Assembly (NCBI GenBank): GCA_039593415.1
Contig: JBCNPI010000006.1
Coordinates: 246-64,245 of the forward strand
Direction: 5' to 3'
Length of the DNA stretch: 64,000 nt
DNA from: Rhizobium sp.
GTDB taxonomy: Bacteria > Pseudomonadota > Alphaproteobacteria > Rhizobiales > Rhizobiaceae
In this document: in pieces, positions 19,422 to 28,800 of the stretch
Layout: each line of letters starts with the position of its first letter
How positions within the stretch are numbered: position 1 is the stretch's first letter
Notes under the pieces: generated by a model
Told to the model about the DNA's origin: nothing
Database searches by the model: none
What the model saw: the letters and a program-made list of their open reading frames with translations, nothing else
Translations under genes and position numbers: made by a program

Positions 19422-20744
19422 TCAGAATTCACTTACCTTACCCCACGTTGACGACCGAAAACGGGACGGGTGGAAGGGTTTTGGATCGACCAAAGGTTCA
19501 ATTCCCGACGCGATGTCGGCAATAAGGTGACCAGCTCCCGGACCGATACCGAACCCGTGGCCGGAGAAGCCTGCGGCGAGGATGAATCCCGGCAAGTTTT
19601 CCATTTCACCAATACCCGGCACGCCGTCCGGTGTGGAGTCGATATAGCCCGCCCAGGTTCCAGTAATTTTCGTATTCTTAAGGGCGGGAAGCAGGTCGAG
19701 GGCACGGCCTTGCATCAGTTTCAGTGTTGCCTGATCCGGCGCCGGGTCGAGAATGCGCATTTGTTCCATGGGCGTTGGTCTGTCGAGCCGCCAACGTGTC
19801 AAGGACTCGTGGCCGCTCCTGACGCCTTCCAGCCCGCCTGGCGTGAGGAGCTTCCACCGTTTAACGAACATGGGTAAGAATTGTGGCACAAAGCGCAGTT
19901 GCTGCGGGGTGATGTCGACCCGCGCGCGCCCACTGATAGCAATCGTGTGACCGCCGTTGCTGCGGCTGGTGACTGAAACCCTTGAGGTATGAAGAGCGGG
20001 CGGCAGGCCTTCCGCGCCCGAAACGGCGACAATGGAAGAGCGGATCGTGGCCTGCGGAAAGCGAATGCCCAGTTGCCTGCAGAAGGAAGAGGCCCAGGCG
20101 CCACCGGAAAGAATGGCTTTTTTGGTACGGATCACGCCGCTCTCGGTCACAACGGCACTGAGGCGACCACCTTCCGTTTCAACGCCGCGAGCCGCGCAAT
20201 TCTGTATGACTGTGCCGCCCAATTTCATGATAGCGCGCGCTACGGCGGGCGCTGCCTTGGATGGATCGGCGATGCCATCCGTAGGTGAAAAAACGCCTCC
20301 CTTCCAAGTTTTGCCGGTGGCTATTGCCTTCTCGGTGGCTTCGGCTGAAGACAGCATTTGCGTGGCGACGCCAACAGTTTTTGCGAAGTCGCGCCACCGT
20401 GCCCACCCCGCAATTTCGGCCTCGCTATTGCTGAGATAGAGCAAGCCGCAACGGCGAAAGCCAATATCTTCGCCGGTTTCTCCAACGAATTGTTCCCAAA
20501 GGTCAAGACTCTTGGTGGCAAGTGGAAGCTCACGGGCATCGCGATTTTGCTGGCGGCACCAACCCCAATTCCGGCTTGATTGCTCCGCGCCGATCCGTCC
20601 TTTCTCGATTAGAACGGTCTTCAATCCCCGCTTCGTCAGGAAGTAAGCGGCGAAGACGCCGACAATGCCGCCGCCAATAATTACGACGTCGGCAATTTGT
20701 GGCACGTCGGAAGGGGTTTCGATATGAGTCAGCGGCGCGGGCAT
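19422..20744 (-). CDS. FAD-dependent oxidoreductase, DAO/D-amino-acid oxidase family
   Basis: IIGGGIVG, EQSSRNWGWCRQQ, WAGYIDSTPDGVP, GFSGHGFGIGP. Confidence 0.93.
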   Translation of the reverse strand: MPAPLTHIETPSDVPQIADVVIIGGGIVGVFAAYFLTKRGLKTVLIEKGRIGAEQSSRNWGWCRQQNRDARELPLATKSLDLWEQFVGETGEDIGFRRCGLLYLSNSEAEIAGWARWRDFAKTVGVATQMLSSAEATEKAIATGKTWKGGVFSPTDGIADPSKAAPAVARAIMKLGGTVIQNCAARGVETEGGRLSAVVTESGVIRTKKAILSGGAWASSFCRQLGIRFPQATIRSSIVAVSGAEGLPPALHTSRVSVTSRSNGGHTIAISGRARVDITPQQLRFVPQFLPMFVKRWKLLTPGGLEGVRSGHESLTRWRLDRPTPMEQMRILDPAPDQATLKLMQGRALDLLPALKNTKITGTWAGYIDSTPDGVPGIGEMENLPGFILAAGFSGHGFGIGPGAGHLIADIASGIEPLVDPKPFHPSRFRSSTWGKVSEF

Positions 20745-20789
20745 GGCAGTCTCCTGTTCTCATGCAAGACTAACCGTCTACATAGGGGG

Positions 20790-20972
20790 TCATGAAGGTT
20801 GTCGCGTAATCCTACCGTGGGCGTCCACTGCTGTGACGCCCGTGCTCAAGCGCTGCAACATCATCCAGTCTTCGGGACGGTGCGGCCAATTTTCGGCGCG
20901 GGACAGCGCCATCGCGCCGCTGAGATGTTCGGGACCGAAGGGAACAAGATCGATTTGGTTCTGCATGCGCAT
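20790..20972 (-). pseudogene. N-terminal fragment of GNAT acetyltransferase
   Basis: MQNQIDLVPFGPEHLSGAMALSRAENWPHRPEDW, truncated after about 55 codons and placed directly upstream of the DAO gene. Confidence 0.7.
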
Positions 20973-21126
20973 ATCCTTTTCTCAAACGAAGTCTTGCGCA
21001 CGAGACCGAAGCTATTCGTCTGAAAGGAGTGGCTGGTGCAATATGTTTCGCTGAAGCCTTGGAACGCTGCCGCATCTTATGCTGCTACCTCGTTTGTATA
21101 GCGCTTAGGCTTGAACGGATCGGCAC

Positions 21127-21300
21127 GGACGGAAAGGCGCACCGCAGGCCCGACAGGTCGCCGATCGGTTCCATCCGATCCAAAACCTTCGCATGGCGAT
21201 CGAAGAACAGATGAGCCTTTCTGGACGCGCAACGGGCAGGTCCATCCTGTCGGAGGACGCAACTGCCGACGCCGCAACGCATCGCCGGCGTGCGCCTCGT
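21127..21300 (+). mobile_element. ISL3-family transposase remnant
   Basis: Manual translation GAPQARQVADRFHPIQNLRMAIEEQM contains the ISL3 QVADRFH motif. Confidence 0.8.
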
Positions 21301-21302
21301 AT

Positions 21303-21407
21303 CCGGTAAAAGACCTCCGCCATAGCTTTGGGGTCGCGATGATCGGCGGCGGTGACATAGCGGGCAAGTACTTCTATGACGTCGGAACGGTCTGACATGG
21401 TCTTCAC
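21303..21407 (-). pseudogene. N-terminal stub of SnoaL/NTF2-like protein cut by the ISL3 remnant
   Basis: MSDRSDVIEVLARYVTAADHRDPKAMAEVFY, then an abrupt switch into IS sequence. Confidence 0.6.
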
Positions 21408-21478
21408 TCCATTGATGATGAAAGTCGCGTCGGATGACCTTCGAGAGGTCGCGGCGGAATTGCCGGTTGAGGTCGTTG

Positions 21479-22310
21479 TCAGGGCGTCGGAAGATCAGTC
21501 GAGACAGAAACGTGGCGCCAGGCGGCGATGATCGCAGCGTCCGATCGGTGCTTGGCCTCGATTGCCGCTACGGTGTCGCTTCCGAGCGGCAGGCGAACCG
21601 GGGTTTCCGCCGCGTCTGGCAAGTCCAATACGACCTGGGCCAGTCGGTCCGGATCGCCGGGCTAGCGCTGGTTCATCACGGTCGCCATGTACCGGGCGGC
21701 GTCGGCGGTCGCAGCATAGTCACAGATTATTGTCCGCCCCATGCCAAGCGACGTTGCGTCCAGGAAGTCGGTGCGGAAATAGCCGGGCTCGATTGCGGTG
21801 ACATCAATGCCGAGCGGAGCGAGTTCAACGCGCAGCGATTCCGAAAGCGCTTCGACCGGGGATTTTGCCGCCGAATAGACGCCGAAGCCGGCGCCTGCGA
21901 TAGGCGCCGATCGACGAGATATTCAGGATGCGGCCCGAACGCTGCGCTCGCATCGCCGGCAGAATGGCGCGTGTGACGGCCAGCAGACCGAACACATTGG
22001 TTCGAAACAGCGCCTCCACCTCTTCTGCGGTCGCTTCCTCCACGGCCGAAACCAGCCCGTATCCTGCATTGTTGACGAGCACGTCGATATGGCCAAAGCG
22101 GTCATGGGCTTGTGCAGCGGCCGCAATCGCCTGCGGCGCATCGTCCACGTCGAGCGCCACTGCGAGCAGATTTTCATTCTTTCCCAATTGGCCGATGACC
22201 GATCGGGGATTGCGGGCGGTGGCGACCACGGCATCGCACCGCGCGAGCGCACTTTCCGCGATGCGAGCCCCGAAGCCGCGCGCTGCGCCTGTAATGAACC
22301 AGGTCTTCAT
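21479..22310 (-). pseudogene. SDR oxidoreductase, frameshift plus nonsense codon
   Basis: MKTWFITGAARGFG, NNAGYG, NISS. Frameshift near 21895 before YSAAK. In-frame TAG near 21663 (MNQR*PGDP). Natural end STDLPTP*. Confidence 0.85.
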
Positions 22311-22338
22311 GGCTTTGCTCCTGTTTTCCTTCGCCGCA

Positions 22339-23349
22339 TCAGGCCGCGTCAGCGATGGACACGACGATCTTTCCGGTGGCGCTGCGGTCAGCGAGTGCTG
22401 CATGGGCCTCCGTCACCGTCTCGAGCCCAAAGCTTCTGGGATCAAGCCGCGGAACCAGCTTGCCAGCCGCGACCAGGGCTGCGGCTTCCCGCAGGATCTC
22501 ACCGAAATGGCCACGGCCGATGCCGTTGAGGAGCGGCGCCAGGGTGAAGACGCCGGAATAGGTGCCCCCCTTGAAGGAAAGGGGCGCTAGCCCATGCGTG
22601 CCCCAGCCTAGGCAGCTGACGACATGGCCGAAGCGCTTGACGGCCTGGAAGGAGGCGTCGAGAACGCCGCCGCCGCCCGTGTCGTAGACGAGGTCAAAAC
22701 CCTCGCCTCCTGTGTGGCGCTCCACATAGTCATAGAGCGTTTCCGTCGTATAATCGATGGGCGTTGCCCCCATCGAACGGATGAAATCCGCCTTGCCGGC
22801 GCTGGCGGTTGCAAACACTTTCGCGCCGAGCGCTACGCCGATCTGGACGGCGACATGACCGACCCCGCCACCGCCACCTTGCACGAGCAGGGTTTGGCCG
22901 GGACGGACATGGGCGCGATCAACGAGGCCTTCCCAGGCAGTGATGGTGACGAGCGGCAGTGCTGCGGCCTCGCGCATCGTAAGGTTGGCGGGCTTCAATG
23001 CGAGAAGTTTCGCGTCGACCGCTGCATATTCCGCCAGCGTTCCCTGAATGCCGCCGACGCCGCCGGTCATGCCGTAGACTGCGTCACCGGGTCGAAAGGC
23101 CGTAACATCCGGCCCGACCGCCTCGACCACGCCGGCAAGGTCGATGCCCAGAACGGCTGGCAGCGGATGGCGGGCATGGGCTGCGGCGCCCGCCCGGATC
23201 TTGGTGTCGAGCGGATTGACGCCGCTGGCATGGATGCGGACGAGGACCTCGCCATGGTTGGGGGCAGGGCGGGCGATTTCGGTAAGGCGGAAGGCTCCAC
23301 CATTGGTTTTGACGAGGGCGGCCTTCATGGTTTGTGTGTTGCGGGTCAT
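22339..23349 (-). CDS. Zinc-dependent ADH/quinone oxidoreductase (MDR) family
   Basis: VLVRIHASGVNPLD, LGIDLAGVV, EAAALPLVTITAW, QGGGGGVG. Confidence 0.93.
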   Translation of the reverse strand: MTRNTQTMKAALVKTNGGAFRLTEIARPAPNHGEVLVRIHASGVNPLDTKIRAGAAAHARHPLPAVLGIDLAGVVEAVGPDVTAFRPGDAVYGMTGGVGGIQGTLAEYAAVDAKLLALKPANLTMREAAALPLVTITAWEGLVDRAHVRPGQTLLVQGGGGGVGHVAVQIGVALGAKVFATASAGKADFIRSMGATPIDYTTETLYDYVERHTGGEGFDLVYDTGGGGVLDASFQAVKRFGHVVSCLGWGTHGLAPLSFKGGTYSGVFTLAPLLNGIGRGHFGEILREAAALVAAGKLVPRLDPRSFGLETVTEAHAALADRSATGKIVVSIADAA

Positions 23350-23448
23350 GGCTCTCTCCTTGTTGGGGAGACAAATATGTGCTCAACAAGCCTGCATGGC
23401 GATCATAAGTATTGCACGAAACGCATGCATTTTTGTATGGGATGTCAA

Positions 23449-24318
23449 GTGAACGATTTCGAGTGGAGCGATCTCCCGATCTTTCTCGCCATTGCCCGGG
23501 AAGGCACGCTGGGAGCGGCCGCCCGTCGGCTCAAGCAGACCCAGCCCACCATGGGGCGGCGCCTGCGCGCGCTCGAACAGGCGGCTGGTACCACGCTTTT
23601 TCAGCGCACCGGCGACGGCTTCGTCCTGACCGACGAGGGCCAGGCGCTCTATGCCCATGCTTTGCGGATGGAAGACGAAGCCCTTGCCATGGAGCGTGAG
23701 CTGGCGGGCAGCGTGAAAGGGCTTGACGGCCTGTTGCGCCTCTCCTGTTCCGATTGGTTCGGAACGACCGTGCTTAGCCCTGTTCTGGCGGAGTTCAGCC
23801 GGCTCCACCCCAATGTGACGGTGGAATTGCTGACTGATCCGCGCCTCTATAGCCTGTCGAGGCGGGAGGCGGATCTCGTCATGCGCATCACTCCCTTCGA
23901 CGAGCCGGAGGTGATTGCCCGCAAGCTGGTGACCACCCCCTACGGGCTCTATGCCGCGCCGGCTCATGCGACCCCCACCCTCGGCGATGGCGAAGGCTGC
24001 CCACTGATCCTTATGGACACGGCCTTTGGCGGCATGCCGGACGTCAGCTGGGTTATGCAGGCGCTTCCTCGCGCTAAGATCGTCTGCCGGAGCAACAATC
24101 GCGAGGTTCAGGCGCGGCTTTGCGCGCTCGGCGCAGGCTTTGCCGTGCTGCCTCGGCCGCTCGCGGAAGCCACGTCCGGCATTCGACTGGTAGATCTCGG
24201 CGCGAGCCCGCCATCGCGCGACACCTGGATCGGCTACCATCGGGATCTGAAGCGCTTGCCGCGTCTTCGCGCGCTGCTCGATCTCATTCTGGGGCAGATA
24301 GCGCTGGCTCCGGTCTGA
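23449..24318 (+). CDS. LysR family transcriptional regulator divergent from the MDR gene
   Basis: EWSDLPIFLAIAREGTLGAAARRLKQTQPTMGRRLRALE. GTG start at 23449; the upstream ORF extension is antisense shadow. Confidence 0.93.
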   Translation: MNDFEWSDLPIFLAIAREGTLGAAARRLKQTQPTMGRRLRALEQAAGTTLFQRTGDGFVLTDEGQALYAHALRMEDEALAMERELAGSVKGLDGLLRLSCSDWFGTTVLSPVLAEFSRLHPNVTVELLTDPRLYSLSRREADLVMRITPFDEPEVIARKLVTTPYGLYAAPAHATPTLGDGEGCPLILMDTAFGGMPDVSWVMQALPRAKIVCRSNNREVQARLCALGAGFAVLPRPLAEATSGIRLVDLGASPPSRDTWIGYHRDLKRLPRLRALLDLILGQIALAPV

Positions 24319-24572
24319 AGGGATTGAATCTAAATGGCTAGGAGAGAGCTGCGCTCGAACTGTGTGATTGTCTACTGATACGTATGGAGGCCGCGAAAGC
24401 TCTGCCTCGCTGGCGTGAGGCAGAGCTGAGAGGTTATACGAACCTCATGCGAAACTTCGATTGGGGGCGCCAGTCTCGCACGGTTCAGCCCTACACCGGA
24501 TAGCTGAAGTTGACCTGAAGCAACCAAACCAAACTCGTGTTGGCCATAGTTATTGCCGCGCAGGAGAAAAGG

Positions 24573-24838
24573 TCAGCCACGCGACGGCTTCCGCCCGCTC
24601 TTCAGGGGTTTCACCGTGACGGTATCATCGGCCACCGGAAGGAAGAACTCCGAAATATCGCAAGCCAGTGCTGCGGCAATCTTCTCCAGCGTCGTAACCG
24701 TCGCGTTCTTGTTGCCGCGCTCAAGGTAGCCGACGTAGGCGCGCTCGACATGCGCCTCAAGCGCGAGGTTGTCCTGCGAGATTCCCCGCATAACCCGTAT
24801 TCGCCTGAGATTCAGTGCACGCGCTGCCGTGCATCCAT
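24573..24838 (-). pseudogene. XRE-family HTH regulator with apparent 1-nt deletion near the N-terminus
   Basis: ATG GAT GCA CGG CAG CGC GT^GCA CTG AAT joins MDARQRV to ALNLRRIRVMRGISQDNLALEAHVERAYVGYLERG only with a frame change. Confidence 0.75.
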
Positions 24839-25802
24839 GGCGGAAACCCAACACTCGACGGTTGATAAAACCACGTACTATAGAGCTATGAAAGGCGATA
24901 TTGAACGAACCGCCGGTAGTAGCCTTTTTGTCTCGGACGGGAGAGTAACGCCACGATTTCCACAAGCTCGAACGAACCGGCAGCCTTTGGCGCGCTTCTG
25001 GCGCGCAGGCTCCAGGTCGTAAGTGGCCGCTTCATGTTCGGTTGCGAACATCACGGTGTTTTGCGGGCGCGCTCGCCGATCCGCCCAAGGCGCATCATAG
25101 CGACGTCCCCAAACAACGTTGCCGGATAGAGCGAGGATAATCGCGCGCTATATTTTCTGCCACATCGGCGCGTCGGCGACGGAGCCTGTACCGATAAAGA
25201 GCGATCCTGAGAGGATCGCGAAATCGACTATCGCCATCCGACGAGACTTTTGGACTGGTCAACCGCCAGATTGATATCGCAGAACGCGGCGAACGCGATC
25301 GCATGCAGCAATGACCTGGCTTCTGAAGTAAGGGCAATTGTTCTGGTTCGTTCAAGAGCCGCCAGCCTGCTTGAAACCTAGATGGCTGGAACTGGACATT
25401 CCCGGTCCTGTGGTCGACGAGCCCGGATATTTGGCCGAAGGTCGGGGTGTCTGTTGATTACTGGCGGCTAATCTCTTCAGGTCCTAAAGCAAAAGCCCTT
25501 TCGCAAAGCGATTCAAATCCATGAGGAACGTGAACATCGCAGATCCTCATCAAATCAGATGAAATATTCGAGCTTCTTCAAGCGCGCGATCGCGCCAAAC
25601 TCCGTGCCATTGGCTGAACTTTCGACATCTGTTAAATGCAGCCAGGCAAGGTGCAATTTTGGCGAGGCTGTCTGTTCTTTGCATACTCCCTATGATAGAG
25701 GGAATCGCAACTTCATCTGCGTGTTGATGCGAAAGTTCAACGTGCGGTACTGAGGTCGGGGCGTCGCGCGGGTAGACTGCGAAGATCTGTTGGGGAATAG
25801 GG

Positions 25803-28800
25803 ATGGAGACCAGTATCGTCGCGGCGCCCGTGGTTGAGCAGAGGCGTTCCCTGCTGTTCATAGCCCGCAGTCTCTGCCGCACGCCGACAGTAGGCGTATC
25901 GGCTCTCACAATGGTCGCCTCGCTTTGTCTGGCGGATGGCCATTTCACCGCAGCCAAAGCCGCCTGCGGGCCTGCCGCGACAGCGACATGCAGTGCCGAA
26001 GGTGGCGCCGGGGTTCCAAATCGCACGGGAAATGGCGGCGCCGGCAATGGCGACGGCGGTGGTGCAAGTGTTTTCAACGCGAGCACGGGCGTCACCGATG
26101 TTATTTCCGGCAACGCAAGCACGAACGGCACGGGTGGAGATGGCGCAGCCGGCGACGTTTCTGGAGGGCCGGGGGGCGCAACCGGAGCCTCATTTGTCTC
26201 CGGTGCTTCCCTTGTGATTGCGGCCGATCTGGGGGGCGGTGATGGGACAGCCGGCCCGGATGGCTTTAACTTTGCAAGCGGGGGCGGTGGCGGGGGAGCC
26301 GGTATCTTTTCCGGTACAGACCTGACCATAGCCAGTGGTGCGACCGTGTCCGGCGGCATAGGAGGTCGTGGGGGCGCGGCAACCAGCTTCGTCGGCAATG
26401 GCGGCGGCGGCGGCGGTGGCGGCGCTGGAATCATGTCAGCTGTTGTGGGGGCCACTATTGACAATGAGGGCGCTGTCCTCGGAGGAAATGGAGGAAACGG
26501 CGGCAGCGGCGGTTATGGTGCCGGCGGCGGCGGCGGCGGTGACGGCTTGCTCGTCTTTGGGGATGCGACGAGCGTTATCAATATCGGCTCCATTACGGGC
26601 GGCATGGGGGGCAGCCCGGGTACGGGTTCTATAGGCGGCACCGGTAGCGCAGGTGCAAGCGGGGCGGGTGTCAATCTCGGCGGCCGCCGCAGTGTTCTTC
26701 AGAACATTGGCACAATCACCGGCGGTGCGGGAAATGGCGCAGCTGCAGGGGCGGGTGTGATTGGTTGGGGAAACAGCTTCGTTTTAAATGCTGGCACGAT
26801 CGCGGGCGGCCTCAACAGCGATGGCCTCACCCGGGCGGCGGCTATCCAGTTCAATGGTACTGGGAACATCCTCAGCCTGTTTAACGGCTCGAATCTGATT
26901 GGCGATATCGTCATCACCCCGGGCGCGGCGGCGGTCATCTTACCTCAGTCCCTGGGGCTCACCCTGAGTAACGCGATCAGCCTGCAAGGAGCGACCTCGA
27001 CGATCAGCTTCGACACCAGCAGGACTGATCTAGTCGATTCCAGCATCATTTCAGGCGCCGGTGGCGTGATTAAAACTGGCGGCGGGAATTTGACCCTTAC
27101 CGGGCTGAACACCTATTCCGGCGGTACGACGATCGGCGGCGGCACTGTGTCAGTCTCATCCGATAGTAATCTTGGGGCGCTTTCTGGCGTCTTGACGTTC
27201 GACACTGGCACGCTGCAGACCGCGAGTCCTTTTAACAGCGCACGTGATATTGTCCTTAATGGCGGCGCGACGCTTCAGATCGGTGCCGATTCCCAATTGA
27301 GCGGGGTCATCAGCGGTTCTGGTGCCCTGACGAAAGCCAGTGGCGGCAAGCTGATATTATCGGGCTCCAGTACCTATGTCGGTGCGACCACCATTGCTGG
27401 TGGCATGCTTAGTGTCGAAGGCTCTCTTGCCAATACGGCTGTGACGGTGAGCAGCGACGCCACACTCGGTGGCTCTGGCTCGATTGCCGGATCTGTATCT
27501 GTCGCGGATGGCGGTATCATCGCGCCGGGGTCGAGTCCCGGTACCCTGACCGTGGGTTCGCTTTCACTCAATGGCGGTTCCGTTCTAAATTATCAGCTCG
27601 GTCGGCCGGGGGTGGTTGGTGGCAGTGTCAACGATTTGATCGAGGTCACCGGCAATCTTACGCTGGACGGTACATTGAACGTTGCCGACGTGGGCGGCTT
27701 CGGCGCTGGCGTCTATCGATTAATGGATTATGGCGGTGGACTTACTGACAACGGCCTGACGCTTGGCGGTCTGCCCGCCGGCGTCAGCTCGAGCGACCTC
27801 TATGTCCAAACCAATATCGCAGGTCAGATAAATCTCATTTCCAGCGTCGGCACCACACTCAGTTTTTGGGATGGCGGCGATGTCACGCACCACGACGACG
27901 GCACCATTAGCGGCGGCAGCGGAAGGTGGGACCTGTCGAGCCGCAGCTGGACTCAAACCGATGGCGCGATCAATGGATTGTGGCGGCAGGATTTCGCTGT
28001 ACTCGGCGGGAACGCCGGTACCGTCACCGTTGACAATTCCGCTGGTGCCGTTGGGTTCAAGGGCATTCAGTTCATGAGCGATGGCTATGTGATCGACGGC
28101 GATGCATTGACCGCCAGCGACGCCGCAACCACCATCAGGACTGACCCAGGCGTGACGGCGACTATAAGAGCCGGAATTATGGGAAGCGGCGGGCTGGTGA
28201 AGACGGATACCGGTACACTCGTGTTATCCGGGATAAACAGCTACACCGGTGGAACTAGCATCCTCGGCGGTACGCTGCGTGTTTCCAGCGACTCAAATCT
28301 GGGGCTGCCGGCAGGTGCCATCACATTCGATGCGGGCGTGCTTCAAACCACCGCGCCATTCAGCACCGCGCGCAACATGACCGTCGATGCCGGGGGCGGC
28401 ACGCTTCAAACCGAGTCTGACCTGACGGCGAGTGGTGTCATCACTGGCAGTGGCGCACTTGTCAAGGCCGGCGGCGGCACGCTAACGCTGACGGGCGCCA
28501 ACACTTATTCCGGCGGCACTACGATCAGAGATGGAACATTACTGATCTCTTCGGACTCCAATCTCGGCGCCGGAGTGGGTGGACTGATCCTCGACGGCGG
28601 CAACCTTCGGAATATATCCGGCTTTGCCACCCAGCGGTCAATTGCCTTGGATGTTGACGGCGGCACGCTTCAGACAGATGCGGACCTTTGGGTGAGCGGA
28701 GCTATTACGGGAGGTGGCGAACTCGTCAAAACCGGTGCCGGCACACTCACTCTAACGGGAACCAATACCTATGCCGGCAACACGGTCATCAGCGGTGGAA

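Noticed and set aside
22624-23448. Apparent 275-aa N-terminal extension making a 564-aa LysR fusion
   Set aside because: It is the antisense shadow of the MDR gene. The HTH begins at GTG 23449.
24370-24430. CTGATA...GAAA resembling a hammerhead ribozyme core
   Set aside because: It lacks CUGANGA and the required stem arrangement.
25550-26464. Proline-rich 304-aa minus-strand ORF
   Set aside because: Antisense of the GGC-rich Gly codons of the autotransporter.
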